From Clostridia bacterium (GTDB taxonomy: Bacteria; Bacillota; Clostridia; Oscillospirales; RGIG8002), in the NCBI GenBank assembly GCA_017438525.1, contig JAFRVI010000004.1:79281-143280 (forward strand): a DNA stretch of 64,000 bases, in the 5' to 3' direction. Within the stretch, counting starts at the first letter, position 1. Each line of letters opens with the position of its first letter. Positions 52,222-61,806 of this stretch are shown piece by piece. Below the pieces are notes generated by a model, which did no database searches, was not told the DNA's origin, and saw only the letters and a list, made by a program, of their open reading frames with translations. The position numbers and the translations under genes are program-made.

Positions 52222-55200
52222 TCAATACTCAACTTCGACGTGTTTTTCTCCTCCGTCGAGGCGGATGAAATCGACCTCGACCCCGTCGATAACAATTCGT
52301 TTTACACCCGTGTTCCTTGCAAGAATCACGACTTCGGTCCCTTCCAGCTTCGCTTTCACCTCAAAATCCCGCCACGAGTCCGGAACGCGAGGCGAAATAT
52401 AAAGCTTATCGCCGCGCTTTTTCAACCCGAGCATCTCCTCTATGACAGCGCGGTAATACCACGCAGCCGCGCCGGTGTAGATCGTCCAGCCGCCTCTGCC
52501 TTCACGATGCGGCGCGGTGTAAATATCCGCGGCCAGAAAATACGGTTCGGTCTTATATCGCGGCTCGAACGAATGCGTTATCGGCCCGATCATCTCGAGA
52601 ATGTCCGACCCGTCGTTACGCTTCCCGAGTCTGAACGCCGCCATTGCGAGCCACACGGCCGCATGAGTGTACTGTCCGCCGTTTTCTCTGATTCCTGCGG
52701 GATAACGCTTGATATATCCGACTTCTTTCCTCGTATTGCGGAATGGAGGATCAAAAAGACGGACCATGTTTTCGTCTTTATCGACCAGGCGTTTGATTGC
52801 CGTTTCAACGGCGATCGCGGAACGCTTTTCGTCAAGTCCCGCAAAAACGGCAAAGCTCTGCGGAAGACTGTCTATGCGGCATTCGGCGCAATCTTCGCTT
52901 CCGAGTTTCGCGCCGTCGTCATGATAGCCGCGTATATACCTATCGCTTTCCCAGCAGTTTTCCGACGCGGCCTTCAGAGACGCGCTCCTTTTGCGCAGCG
53001 TTTCGGCGAACGGGGCGTCACCGAATGCGCCGGCTATCGCCGCGAATCTCTCCATTACGACGGCGGCGAACATAGTAAGCCAAACGCTTTCTCCCTTCCC
53101 CTTTACGCCGACCTTGTTCATACCGTCGTTCCAATCCCCGGAGCCGAACAGCAGTAATCCGTGACGCCCGACACGGTATCCTCTCTCAAGCGCGCGTTTA
53201 CAGTGCTCATACAAACTTCCCGCTCCGGACACAACCGGAGAAATATATCTCTCTGACTCGTTGGGCGAAAGATTGTCACCTTTAATAAAGTTTACGATTT
53301 TGCTTAATATTTCAGCGTCATCAGTCACGGAAACGTATTCGGAAACCGCATAAGGAAGCCAGAAAAGATCGTCCGAGCAGCGCGTTCTCACTCCCTTGAA
53401 TCCACCCGCTTCCTTCGGAAGTTTATGCCACCAGTGCAGCACGTCGCCCTCCTCAAACTGCGCGGACGCCGCCTTGAGAATATGCGCTTTCGCAAGCTGC
53501 GGATCGGAGTACAACAGCGCGCAGACATCCTGAAGCTGATCGCGGAAACCGTAAGCGCCGGAGTTTTGCGAAAAGCCCGTTCTGCCGTAGACGCGCGATA
53601 TCTTCGTCTGATAAGGCAAATAGAAGTTTATAAGCCGGTCAAGGTTTTCCGACGGCGTTCGTATCTCGAACGCCGTATCGCCTCCCGACGCTCGCTTTTC
53701 ACTTTCCTGCTTCCGCTCCGCAAAAAGAAGATGCGGATACGCGGCCGCGAGTTTGCCTCCGGCGGCGGAGAGGTAAAACCACACCGTCGCGCCTTCCCCC
53801 GCTTTCAGCCGAAGCGCCGTTACCGCGGCGGCGCACGCGCGTTCCTCAATACCGCTTTTCGTGTCCCAGCGGCCGGAATAGAAGCTGTCTTTGCCGGTCA
53901 CGAAGCATACGTCCGCCGAACACGAAAGGCAAGCGACAGTCCCTTGCCACTCGTCATTATACGGATTCTCCGCAAAGAGCGCGCCGCCGCGCTCGTGAAC
54001 CTTCGCCATACTCTGCGCGCAATCGTTCGGGAACGGCTCCGCGCAGTACGCGAGCTTCAGATCGACCGCATCGGAAGAACGGTTGCGAAGCGTCACGCGA
54101 ATGATCTTCACGGGCAGCTTATCATGAACGGCGACGCGCGTCCGCGCTTCCAGCTTTCCGTTCACGACGCAATACTCGGCGAATCCCTTTCCGAAGCGAG
54201 CCAGACTTCCGCGTATCAGGTCGCGGTATTCTCCGCCGTACTCGGCGATGAGCCGTTCTCCTGTGTTGTCGCTCATATAGTCGTTGCTCCACGGAGTGAT
54301 CTGATTCAGCCGAGAATTGAGATAATACGTGAAACCAAGCGACGAGTCGGACACAAGCGTTCCAAACGACTTGTTGGCAAGCGGAAAGCACCACGGAAGA
54401 GGACTGCTGCTCTTTTGAGGGCACGCGGTAAACGCGTCCTTTTCAAACCATCCGCCCGGGACTGAGCTCTCTATCTTTTCCGTTTCCGTCAGGGGCTCGC
54501 CCGTAATGACGGAAATACCCCTTCCGCGCGGTTCCGGAGCTTCCTCTTCCGTCCCGCAGACCTCACAGTAGACGCTCGCCGCTTTAAGCATCCTCGCCTT
54601 TTCAAATCCGACCTTCTTTTCGTCAATGAGATACACGTTTTTGCAATCCGGCGCAGCGGCCTCTTCAAGAAGCAAACGGAGACCGCCGTCATACGCTCCG
54701 CCCTCACCGTAAATAAAGCAAAGGTCGTATTTCGCGCCCTTGATCGCCGCGGCTTTGTGCGCCTTCAGATGCGTCCGCACGCGGCCGATATCCTCTTCCC
54801 CAGAAACGACGCAGGTAACTATAGGTTCGTCGCCCGAAACCGACATGCTCCATAAATCCTTCCTGCCGAGCGCGTTCAACCTCGCGGCTTCCGCGGCAGC
54901 ACGCGTTTTCGGCATATCGAAAAAGACTCTCGGCAGGATCGTGTTGAGCAGGCGGTTTTCATCCGCGCCGCAGTCAATCGAAGCCGACATGTTTCCTGCC
55001 GCTTCCCAGGAGGATTTCATCATATTATGAATCCCCTCCTTTTTTATAAGGCGGAATCGCGAGAGAGCTTCTTCCCTGCTTCTGCCGGCGCATTGGATGA
55101 ATACGAACGTCTCGTTTTCGCCACCGCGTAAAGCGAACCTCGTCCTGAACGCTGCGCAAGGTATTACCGGCGTGCCGTCGGCGCAGGAAAACTCCGAAGA

Positions 55201-58200
55201 AAACGCCTCACCGAGCGAGAATATCCCGACGCCCTTTTTCAAGACGGCGCTTCTGTCGGTTTCAAAGGCAAACTCACGGTCGCCGGCAAATCCGAACGCC
55301 GCGCACGCCTCCTCCTCGACGTCTCCGCGCCGCCACACAAGCAGACACTTCTCCGCCTCTCGATATTCGCACATGATGAAAAGGTCGGAAAAAGCCGGAT
55401 GCGCCGAATGCCGGCGGTGCTCGCGAAGCACCGGTTCCGCGTATATCATCAGCTCCCCGTCCTTTTTACGCCTGTCGGTATTGCCGACTTTTATCACGCG
55501 GATTTCCGCGGGTATCCTTCCGTGTACGTTTACGCTCATGGCGGCTTCGAGCCCATCGTGAACGGCGGTGAAAACCGCCGAAGCGGACGTGAACTCCGCG
55601 CGGCGCGACACGCCGTCGCGTATCGGATCTGCGGTGATCGCGAACGGCGTATTTCCGCTTTCGCGCAGCACAACGTACACGCCGGACGGAGTCAACCTCA
55701 GGTCGCGCTTTCGAACGGTCATATCTATACCGCCCCACTTCGAAAAACCGCTTCCGCCGTCGGTTATAACGGTGGAAAATTCGCCGTTGGAAAGCAGCAG
55801 CGCGCGCGGACGGGACGGATCGGTCTCCGAACATATCATCCCTTCTTCGGGCCGCTTTTTCAATTTATATTTCGCATCCACGCTCACACCCTTATATAGT
55901 GAAACGCCGTCATATATCGCTTCCTCGAGCAGCTTTTGCGCGGTGCGCATATCGGCGTCGCGCATAAATCGCTTCTGCATAACGTTTCCGAGAAGGCAGT
56001 TCGCCACGGAAACAAGCGACATACCTGTATGATGCGCCATATAACTCTTGACTATCGAGAAGCCGCCGCCCGTTCTCGAAGCAGTGAAGTCGACCGCCTC
56101 ATACAGTCCGAATTCTCCGTTCATCCCCATATTGACGAGCCGCTTAAGGTTCGCTATCGAATCCGCAGGCGAAAACGCAAGCGTGAGAAACGTTGAATAC
56201 GGCGAGATAACGAGTTCTTCGTCAAGCCCGCGTTTCAGGCCAAGCTTCTGCACGCCGAACGCTTTGTACTGGTAATTCTGCCCCATATCGAACGAATAAA
56301 AACCGCTTTCGGAAACTCCCCAGGGCAGCTTCAGCGCGGCGGTGCGCTTTTTCTGGCAGTAAAGCGCGTAACGCAGCGCTTCGTCGGTAAGCGAATCCGA
56401 AACGACCGGCAGCAGCAGATGCGGCATAAAGTATTCGAACATCGTTCCCGTCCAGGATAAAGGACCGACGTATCCGTCCGCGCCGGCGAAAAGTCTGCCG
56501 AGCATTCCCCAGTGGCGTTTATCCGCGACCTTTTTGGCTATCGCGTAATAGCTCGTCATACGCGCTTCGCTCATCAGTATGTCGTACATATTGTTTCCGA
56601 ACGCGCCGTCGGCGGCGTCATAGCCGATATAGAAGAGCTTGCGGCGTTGGTTGTAAAGTTTCGAGATATCCGCCTCGGCCGTCAGCTTTTCGCACAGCGC
56701 GGCGACTCCGCCGAGCTCGGAACATTCCCAGAGGTAGTCTTTCACGCCCTCCTTCAGCGCGGTAAGGCAGCATAACAGATTTCCGCTGTCGACGGTGGAA
56801 ACGTATTCCGGACGCAGCGGTTCGGCGGTCTTGATGTCGTACCAGTTATATAGATTTCCGTGCCATTTCGGGATACTTTTCAGCGTTTCAAGCGTCGCGG
56901 AAGCGCGGCGGCAAAGCTCGATACTGTCAATAAAACCGAGGTCTCTCGCCGCGAGCACACACAGAAGATAGAGCCCTATATTTGTCGGCGAAGTCCGCAT
57001 AGCAACGCGGTACGGCGAATACTGCACGTTATCCGGCGGCAGATAATTCGTCTCTTCGGTCACGTACTTGTCGAAAAAGCGCCACATTGCCGCGGCAAAA
57101 GAATACAACAGCTCCTCGTCTTCCTCGTCGATGTCCCGTCCTTTGCTGATCGCCGGACGGGATATTTCGCAAAAAACCGCCGGCGCGATCATCCAGAGCG
57201 CACCGAGAACGGCGAGCGGCAGCCGTCCGGAAAGCAGCGAAGCGACGCCGAGCACCGCGGTAAAGCGAAAATAGAGATAATAGTCGATTATTCCGTTACG
57301 TTTGCCGGTCTCGGCTTCCGCGGCGGTCAGCCATTCAAGCAGATTTTTGTGGGAAACCGTCATGCGCCAGAGCGACTTGGACAACTCACAGAACGAAACC
57401 GCCGCGAGCTGCGGAAGCATCATAACGTTAAGCGTTATCCTGGCGCAGCCGGCAAGAAACGCGGGTATCCCGCGCGTAATATACCTGCGGAATGCTATCC
57501 GCGGTTTAAACAGTCCGCGCACCGCCGCGACAGCGTCGCCGGCGGAAACCGAAACAAGCGCAAGAGCAAGCAGCGGTATCCTCAGCGGCGCGGATACAAA
57601 AACGCATACTCCGACAGCAATGAAAACCGACAGAGGCGTAATACCGCGCCTTATATTGTCAAACAGCTTGAATCTGTCCGACAGCCCGAACTCATTGCGG
57701 ACCCTCTCTCCGCCTTCGTTCTTACGATGCTTCTTCAAAAAGAACGCGTTCTGGAAATCACCTCTTATCCAGCGTGACTGTCGCGTCAGCCACGATTTAA
57801 CGGTCGTCGGGAACCCGTCCGACAGCTCAGTGCCGGAAACGGTGCACGCCCGCAAAACGCCGCCCTCGATAACGTCGTGACTCAGCACCTTGTTATTCGG
57901 GAATGCTCCGTCGACGACTGCGTAATACGCTTTAACGTCGATCAATCCTTTGCCCGTAAACAATCCGTCGCCGAAAAGATCTCTGTAAAGATCCGCGCCC
58001 GAGCCGCCATAGCTGTGCATCCCGCCCATTCCGGCGAAGACTCGCGAAAACAAACTGCGCGACGACGATTCGATATCAGTAGTCAACCTTGGTACCGCGA
58101 TCCCGAATCCGTTTATCACACGATTGTCAACTACTTCCGCCTTGTTGAGTGGATGCTCCAAAACCGCCGTCAGTTCGGCTGCGGCGTTGATGGAAAGCGA

Positions 58201-59625
58201 AGTGTCCGCATCCAGTGTAAGCAAATAATCGCTTCCGACTACACCTTTCAGGTCTCCGGTCAGCGAAGCGAAATCACATACGCCGGTATTGATATAGCGC
58301 ACGAATTCCGTAATAGCTCCGCGTTTGCGTTCGCGCCCCATATATTTGCCTTCTCCGCCGGAAAAAGTACGCTTTCGCACCGCGGCGAAGAAACCGCCGC
58401 CGAACTCGTTGTTGAGTTTGCGGATTTCATTCTCGAGCACAGAGAGAAGATGTGTATCCTCCGGACGCGTCGCCGTCGCGCTTTCCTTAAAATCCGCGAG
58501 AAGCCCGCATCTGAGCACGCCTCCGGAAAGCCGCACCCGAAGCAGATTCTTCGCAAGCTTTTTAACTTGATCCGCGGACGTAATAAGGCACGATACCGCG
58601 ACCGTCGTTCTGACGTCGCGCGTGATTCTCTCCGGATCGAGCGAGCACACATAGCGGCGTTTTACAAATGACGACGTTACGTTATCCTGCACCGCACACC
58701 AGATAGCCCAAAGCGGAACGGGCAACAGCAGGGTGACGGCCGCGTTTTTCGTCAGTAATGCGAGAATCGTGAGAATAACAAAAGGCGCAGCACAGTATAG
58801 CGCGACATATACTTTCGCGCCGACGCCGCCGCGCTTCGGGATTAGGTACAGCCCGACGTGTTTTTCGCGTTTTCCGCCTGAAGCGGATTCGGCCTTTTTC
58901 AGCGCATTCTCCGCGAATTCCGCCTCGCTTATTCCCTCGCGCCGCGCGCCAAGCGCCACGCAAGCGCGGTAATACTTCTTCGTATCATCGCTCATATCCG
59001 CATATATACCTGCAGGATCGCGTTTCAACAGTGCGTCCGAAACGCTCAACCTTTCTATGCATTCGGACATATCCGCGCCTGACATCACGCGGAGAGTCCC
59101 GACACATCCCGATATCAGCTCCGCGCTGCCGCCGTCCGAAGAAGCAATCGCCGCACATTCCTTCGCGATCGCTTCCGTCACCGCGGCGGAAAGCATATCG
59201 CGAAACACGGAAAGCTCCGCGTTTGAAAGTATATACTTCGTCTGGACGCCCGACAAAAACTCCTCTATCTCGCCGGGTCCGGCCTTCCCCGCGGCGCGAA
59301 GCAGCGAGGCGGCAATGTGATACACAACCGGCAGTCCGTCTATTCCGGTCGGAAGCGGATCGGTGTTTTTCAAACCGGCGGCGGCCGACCTGCCTTCCCT
59401 GTCGATTAGATAATAGTTATCACAAAGCCATTCGCGCGCTGCTCCGTTTTTTGTCGCAGGAAGCGAGCCGAGTAAGGCCTTTCTGTAAGTCGCGCCTATC
59501 AGCTTCAGCCGCGAAAGCGTAAGTCGCCGCAGCGCAGCGGCGTTTGTATTTCGGCACGCGGAACTTGTGATATCCAACCCCGACCCCGCAAGGAACAGTT
59601 TGTTTTCTTTCATTTTATTTGACAT
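52222..59625 (-). CDS. Cyclic beta-1,2-glucan synthase-like giant membrane protein (GT84-type glycosyltransferase + central alpha/alpha-barrel region + C-terminal GH94-type phosphorylase)
   Basis: 2,467 aa. The N-terminal EWLCDNYYLI motif is present. There are six TM helices in a 2+4 arrangement. GT motifs are LTLDADT, LSHDVIEGG and RQSRWIRGD (about 57736-58623). The C-terminal third has GDWNDGMN (53125-53139) and GGWTIYTGAAAWYYRAV, typical of GH94 phosphorylases. Confidence 0.8.
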   Translation of the reverse strand: MSNKMKENKLFLAGSGLDITSSACRNTNAAALRRLTLSRLKLIGATYRKALLGSLPATKNGAAREWLCDNYYLIDREGRSAAAGLKNTDPLPTGIDGLPVVYHIAASLLRAAGKAGPGEIEEFLSGVQTKYILSNAELSVFRDMLSAAVTEAIAKECAAIASSDGGSAELISGCVGTLRVMSGADMSECIERLSVSDALLKRDPAGIYADMSDDTKKYYRACVALGARREGISEAEFAENALKKAESASGGKREKHVGLYLIPKRGGVGAKVYVALYCAAPFVILTILALLTKNAAVTLLLPVPLWAIWCAVQDNVTSSFVKRRYVCSLDPERITRDVRTTVAVSCLITSADQVKKLAKNLLRVRLSGGVLRCGLLADFKESATATRPEDTHLLSVLENEIRKLNNEFGGGFFAAVRKRTFSGGEGKYMGRERKRGAITEFVRYINTGVCDFASLTGDLKGVVGSDYLLTLDADTSLSINAAAELTAVLEHPLNKAEVVDNRVINGFGIAVPRLTTDIESSSRSLFSRVFAGMGGMHSYGGSGADLYRDLFGDGLFTGKGLIDVKAYYAVVDGAFPNNKVLSHDVIEGGVLRACTVSGTELSDGFPTTVKSWLTRQSRWIRGDFQNAFFLKKHRKNEGGERVRNEFGLSDRFKLFDNIRRGITPLSVFIAVGVCVFVSAPLRIPLLALALVSVSAGDAVAAVRGLFKPRIAFRRYITRGIPAFLAGCARITLNVMMLPQLAAVSFCELSKSLWRMTVSHKNLLEWLTAAEAETGKRNGIIDYYLYFRFTAVLGVASLLSGRLPLAVLGALWMIAPAVFCEISRPAISKGRDIDEEDEELLYSFAAAMWRFFDKYVTEETNYLPPDNVQYSPYRVAMRTSPTNIGLYLLCVLAARDLGFIDSIELCRRASATLETLKSIPKWHGNLYNWYDIKTAEPLRPEYVSTVDSGNLLCCLTALKEGVKDYLWECSELGGVAALCEKLTAEADISKLYNQRRKLFYIGYDAADGAFGNNMYDILMSEARMTSYYAIAKKVADKRHWGMLGRLFAGADGYVGPLSWTGTMFEYFMPHLLLPVVSDSLTDEALRYALYCQKKRTAALKLPWGVSESGFYSFDMGQNYQYKAFGVQKLGLKRGLDEELVISPYSTFLTLAFSPADSIANLKRLVNMGMNGEFGLYEAVDFTASRTGGGFSIVKSYMAHHTGMSLVSVANCLLGNVMQKRFMRDADMRTAQKLLEEAIYDGVSLYKGVSVDAKYKLKKRPEEGMICSETDPSRPRALLLSNGEFSTVITDGGSGFSKWGGIDMTVRKRDLRLTPSGVYVVLRESGNTPFAITADPIRDGVSRRAEFTSASAVFTAVHDGLEAAMSVNVHGRIPAEIRVIKVGNTDRRKKDGELMIYAEPVLREHRRHSAHPAFSDLFIMCEYREAEKCLLVWRRGDVEEEACAAFGFAGDREFAFETDRSAVLKKGVGIFSLGEAFSSEFSCADGTPVIPCAAFRTRFALRGGENETFVFIQCAGRSREEALSRFRLIKKEGIHNMMKSSWEAAGNMSASIDCGADENRLLNTILPRVFFDMPKTRAAAEAARLNALGRKDLWSMSVSGDEPIVTCVVSGEEDIGRVRTHLKAHKAAAIKGAKYDLCFIYGEGGAYDGGLRLLLEEAAAPDCKNVYLIDEKKVGFEKARMLKAASVYCEVCGTEEEAPEPRGRGISVITGEPLTETEKIESSVPGGWFEKDAFTACPQKSSSPLPWCFPLANKSFGTLVSDSSLGFTYYLNSRLNQITPWSNDYMSDNTGERLIAEYGGEYRDLIRGSLARFGKGFAEYCVVNGKLEARTRVAVHDKLPVKIIRVTLRNRSSDAVDLKLAYCAEPFPNDCAQSMAKVHERGGALFAENPYNDEWQGTVACLSCSADVCFVTGKDSFYSGRWDTKSGIEERACAAAVTALRLKAGEGATVWFYLSAAGGKLAAAYPHLLFAERKQESEKRASGGDTAFEIRTPSENLDRLINFYLPYQTKISRVYGRTGFSQNSGAYGFRDQLQDVCALLYSDPQLAKAHILKAASAQFEEGDVLHWWHKLPKEAGGFKGVRTRCSDDLFWLPYAVSEYVSVTDDAEILSKIVNFIKGDNLSPNESERYISPVVSGAGSLYEHCKRALERGYRVGRHGLLLFGSGDWNDGMNKVGVKGKGESVWLTMFAAVVMERFAAIAGAFGDAPFAETLRKRSASLKAASENCWESDRYIRGYHDDGAKLGSEDCAECRIDSLPQSFAVFAGLDEKRSAIAVETAIKRLVDKDENMVRLFDPPFRNTRKEVGYIKRYPAGIRENGGQYTHAAVWLAMAAFRLGKRNDGSDILEMIGPITHSFEPRYKTEPYFLAADIYTAPHREGRGGWTIYTGAAAWYYRAVIEEMLGLKKRGDKLYISPRVPDSWRDFEVKAKLEGTEVVILARNTGVKRIVIDGVEVDFIRLDGGEKHVEVEY

Positions 59626-59714
59626 AACACGCTCCGGGATAATTTAGTACGCATTACGCTTATTTTGCTACGTTTTTACGGAATAATACCGACATGTATG
59701 CTAAGATATTTATG

Positions 59715-59743
59715 TTGACATATTACCTCGAAATGTGTATAAT
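59715..59743 (+). promoter_or_regulatory. Consensus sigmaA promoter for the alpha-oxoamine synthase/SDR operon
   Basis: TTGACA (59715-59720), a 17-nt spacer, then TATAAT (59738-59743). Both hexamers are perfect. A GGAGG RBS lies at about 59760 and the ATG at 59772. Confidence 0.62.
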
Positions 59744-59771
59744 TACCGTATAAATATTTGGAGGTCATACT

Positions 59772-60956
59772 ATGCCGTTATTCAAAAAGTGCAGGGATTT
59801 CCATCTTGTAAAAGATATCAAAGCGATGGGGATTTATCCATATTTCCACGAACTTGAATCAAAGCAGGACATCGAGGTAATGATGGAGGGCAAGCGCCGC
59901 ATAATGCTCGGCTCCAATAACTACCTCGGTCTCACCGTTCATCCCGAAGTCATAGAAGCCGGCGTAAAAGCGCTCGAGAAGTACGGCTCCGGCTGCTCCG
60001 GCTCGCGCTTCCTCAACGGCACGCTCGACCTGCACAATCAACTTGAGCACGAACTCGCTGAATTCGTCGGCAAGGAAGAGTGCGTGACATTCTCCACCGG
60101 CTTCCAGTCAAACCTCGGCATTATTTCCGCGATTGCCGGCAAAGGCGACTACATATTCAACGACCGCGAGAATCACGCGAGCATTTACGACGCCTGCAAG
60201 CTCAGCTACGCCGAAACGATCCGCTACAAGCACAACGATATGGCAAGTCTCGAGAAGAAGCTGAGTGAGGTCCCGCTCGAAGCCGGGAAACTCATCGTCA
60301 CCGACGGCGTTTTCAGCATGAGCGGCGACATGTGCAAGCTTCCCGAGATCGTCGCGCTCGCCGAGAAGTATAAGGCGCGCGTCATGGTCGACGACGCCCA
60401 CGGACTCGGAGTCCTCGGCGAAGGCGGACGCGGCACGGCAAGCTATTTCGGACTCACCGACAAGGTCGATATCATAATGGGCACGTTCAGCAAATCGCTG
60501 GCGAGTCTCGGCGGCTATATGGCGGCGAGCAGCGAGGTCTGCGAATTCGTCAGACACAGCTCCCGTCCGTTCATATTCAGCGCCTCCATCCCGCCCGCGT
60601 GCTGCGCGACCGCGATAAAGGCGCTTGAGATTATGAAACGCGAACCCGAACGCGTCGAACGTCTCGGAGATCTCGCGGAATACCTGCGCGACGGGATGAA
60701 GAAGCGCGGTCTCGCTATCCGCGACACCGACAACAAGCGCGTCCCGATCGTCCCCTTTTACACCTACGAACAGGTGCGCACGCTTACCATCGGCAAGATC
60801 CTTTTTGACGAAGGCGTTTACGTCAACCCCGTTCTGCCGCCGGCGACGACTCCTACGGAGTGCCTGCTTCGCACGAGTCTGATGGCGACGCACAACGAGG
60901 AGATAATCGACGAAGCCCTCGATATCATCAAGAGAGTGGTTGAAGAGAATGCCTGA
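59772..60956 (+). CDS. PLP-dependent alpha-oxoamine synthase, serine-palmitoyltransferase-like (BioF/KBL/SPT family)
   Basis: GIYPYFHELES, NNYLGL, GSGCSGSRFLNGT, DDAHG and GTFSKSLASLGGY motifs. The PLP lysine codon is at 60492-60494. Size is 394 aa. Confidence 0.8.
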   Translation: MPLFKKCRDFHLVKDIKAMGIYPYFHELESKQDIEVMMEGKRRIMLGSNNYLGLTVHPEVIEAGVKALEKYGSGCSGSRFLNGTLDLHNQLEHELAEFVGKEECVTFSTGFQSNLGIISAIAGKGDYIFNDRENHASIYDACKLSYAETIRYKHNDMASLEKKLSEVPLEAGKLIVTDGVFSMSGDMCKLPEIVALAEKYKARVMVDDAHGLGVLGEGGRGTASYFGLTDKVDIIMGTFSKSLASLGGYMAASSEVCEFVRHSSRPFIFSASIPPACCATAIKALEIMKREPERVERLGDLAEYLRDGMKKRGLAIRDTDNKRVPIVPFYTYEQVRTLTIGKILFDEGVYVNPVLPPATTPTECLLRTSLMATHNEEIIDEALDIIKRVVEENA

Positions 60957-61755
60957 CGTAAAGGTCGTTGCAATAACCGGCGCTTCAAGCGGGATAGGCC
61001 TTTGCGCCGCGAAGATGTTCGCGGACCGCGGTTACAAGGTCTATTGCCTCAGCCGCACCGCGCCGAAGGATGAACGCATAAAGCATATACCCGCCGACGT
61101 TTCCGACGAAAGCGCCGTCATCGCCGCGTTCGAACGCATAAAGAGCGAAACCGGGCGGCTCGACGTCCTCGTCAACAACGCCGGATTCGGCATTTCCGGA
61201 GCGACCGAGCTGACCGACACCGCCGCGGCGAAGCGGCAGTTTGACGTCAACTTCTTCGGGCAGTTCATCTGTGCGAAGCACGCTGCTCCCATGCTCCGCG
61301 AAACGAAGGGCGCGATTGTCAACGTCAGCTCCGCTGCGGCGATATTCTCAATTCCATATCAGGCGTTCTACTCCGCATCCAAATCCGCGATAAACTCGCT
61401 CACCCTCGCGATGAGAAGCGAGCTGAAGCCCTTCGGCGTCCGCGTCAGCGCCGTCATGCCAGGCGACGTCCGCACCGGCTTCACGGCCGCGAGGATAAAG
61501 GACGACGGCGAGAAGTCGCTCTATTCGGACACGATAAAGGCGTCCGTGGCGGTTATGGAGAAGGACGAGATAAACGGCATGCCGCCGGAAAAAGTCGCGA
61601 AAATCATCGTTAAACTCGCCGAGAAGCGCAGACCGAAGCCACTGACCGTCGCGGGCGGAAAATACAAGCTCTTCGCGGCGCTCAACAAGCTCCTGCCGAC
61701 CGGGCTCGTAAATTCCATAGTCGGCTCGATGTATATCAAAAAAGAAAAGAAATAA
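60949..61755 (+). CDS. Classical short-chain dehydrogenase/reductase (SDR)
   Basis: ITGASSGIG (TGxxxGxG), NNAG, and S...YSASK catalytic motifs. ATG 60949 overlaps the upstream stop by 8 nt. The ORF-track start is the TTG at 60940. Confidence 0.85.
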   Translation: MPDVKVVAITGASSGIGLCAAKMFADRGYKVYCLSRTAPKDERIKHIPADVSDESAVIAAFERIKSETGRLDVLVNNAGFGISGATELTDTAAAKRQFDVNFFGQFICAKHAAPMLRETKGAIVNVSSAAAIFSIPYQAFYSASKSAINSLTLAMRSELKPFGVRVSAVMPGDVRTGFTAARIKDDGEKSLYSDTIKASVAVMEKDEINGMPPEKVAKIIVKLAEKRRPKPLTVAGGKYKLFAALNKLLPTGLVNSIVGSMYIKKEKK

Positions 61756-61763
61756 ATGGAATC

Positions 61764-61788
61764 GGAGACCGCAAGGTCTCTGATTTTC
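61764..61788 (+). terminator. Weak candidate terminator after the SDR gene
   Basis: Stem GGAGACC / GGTCTCT around a GCAA loop, followed by GATTTTC. The stem is short and the T-tract is interrupted. Confidence 0.3.
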
Positions 61789-61806
61789 ATAAACGCGAGG
61801 TGCGAA

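Noticed and set aside
26145-59625. A functional link between the cyclic beta-1,2-glucan-synthase-like gene and the GH16 array, as a producer plus degrader of the same glucan.
   Set aside because: GH16 enzymes act on beta-1,3, mixed-linkage beta-1,3-1,4 or galactan-type substrates, not on beta-1,2-glucan. The synthase is separated from the array by a 178-bp AT-rich gap that carries a promoter, so the two appear to be separate transcription units.
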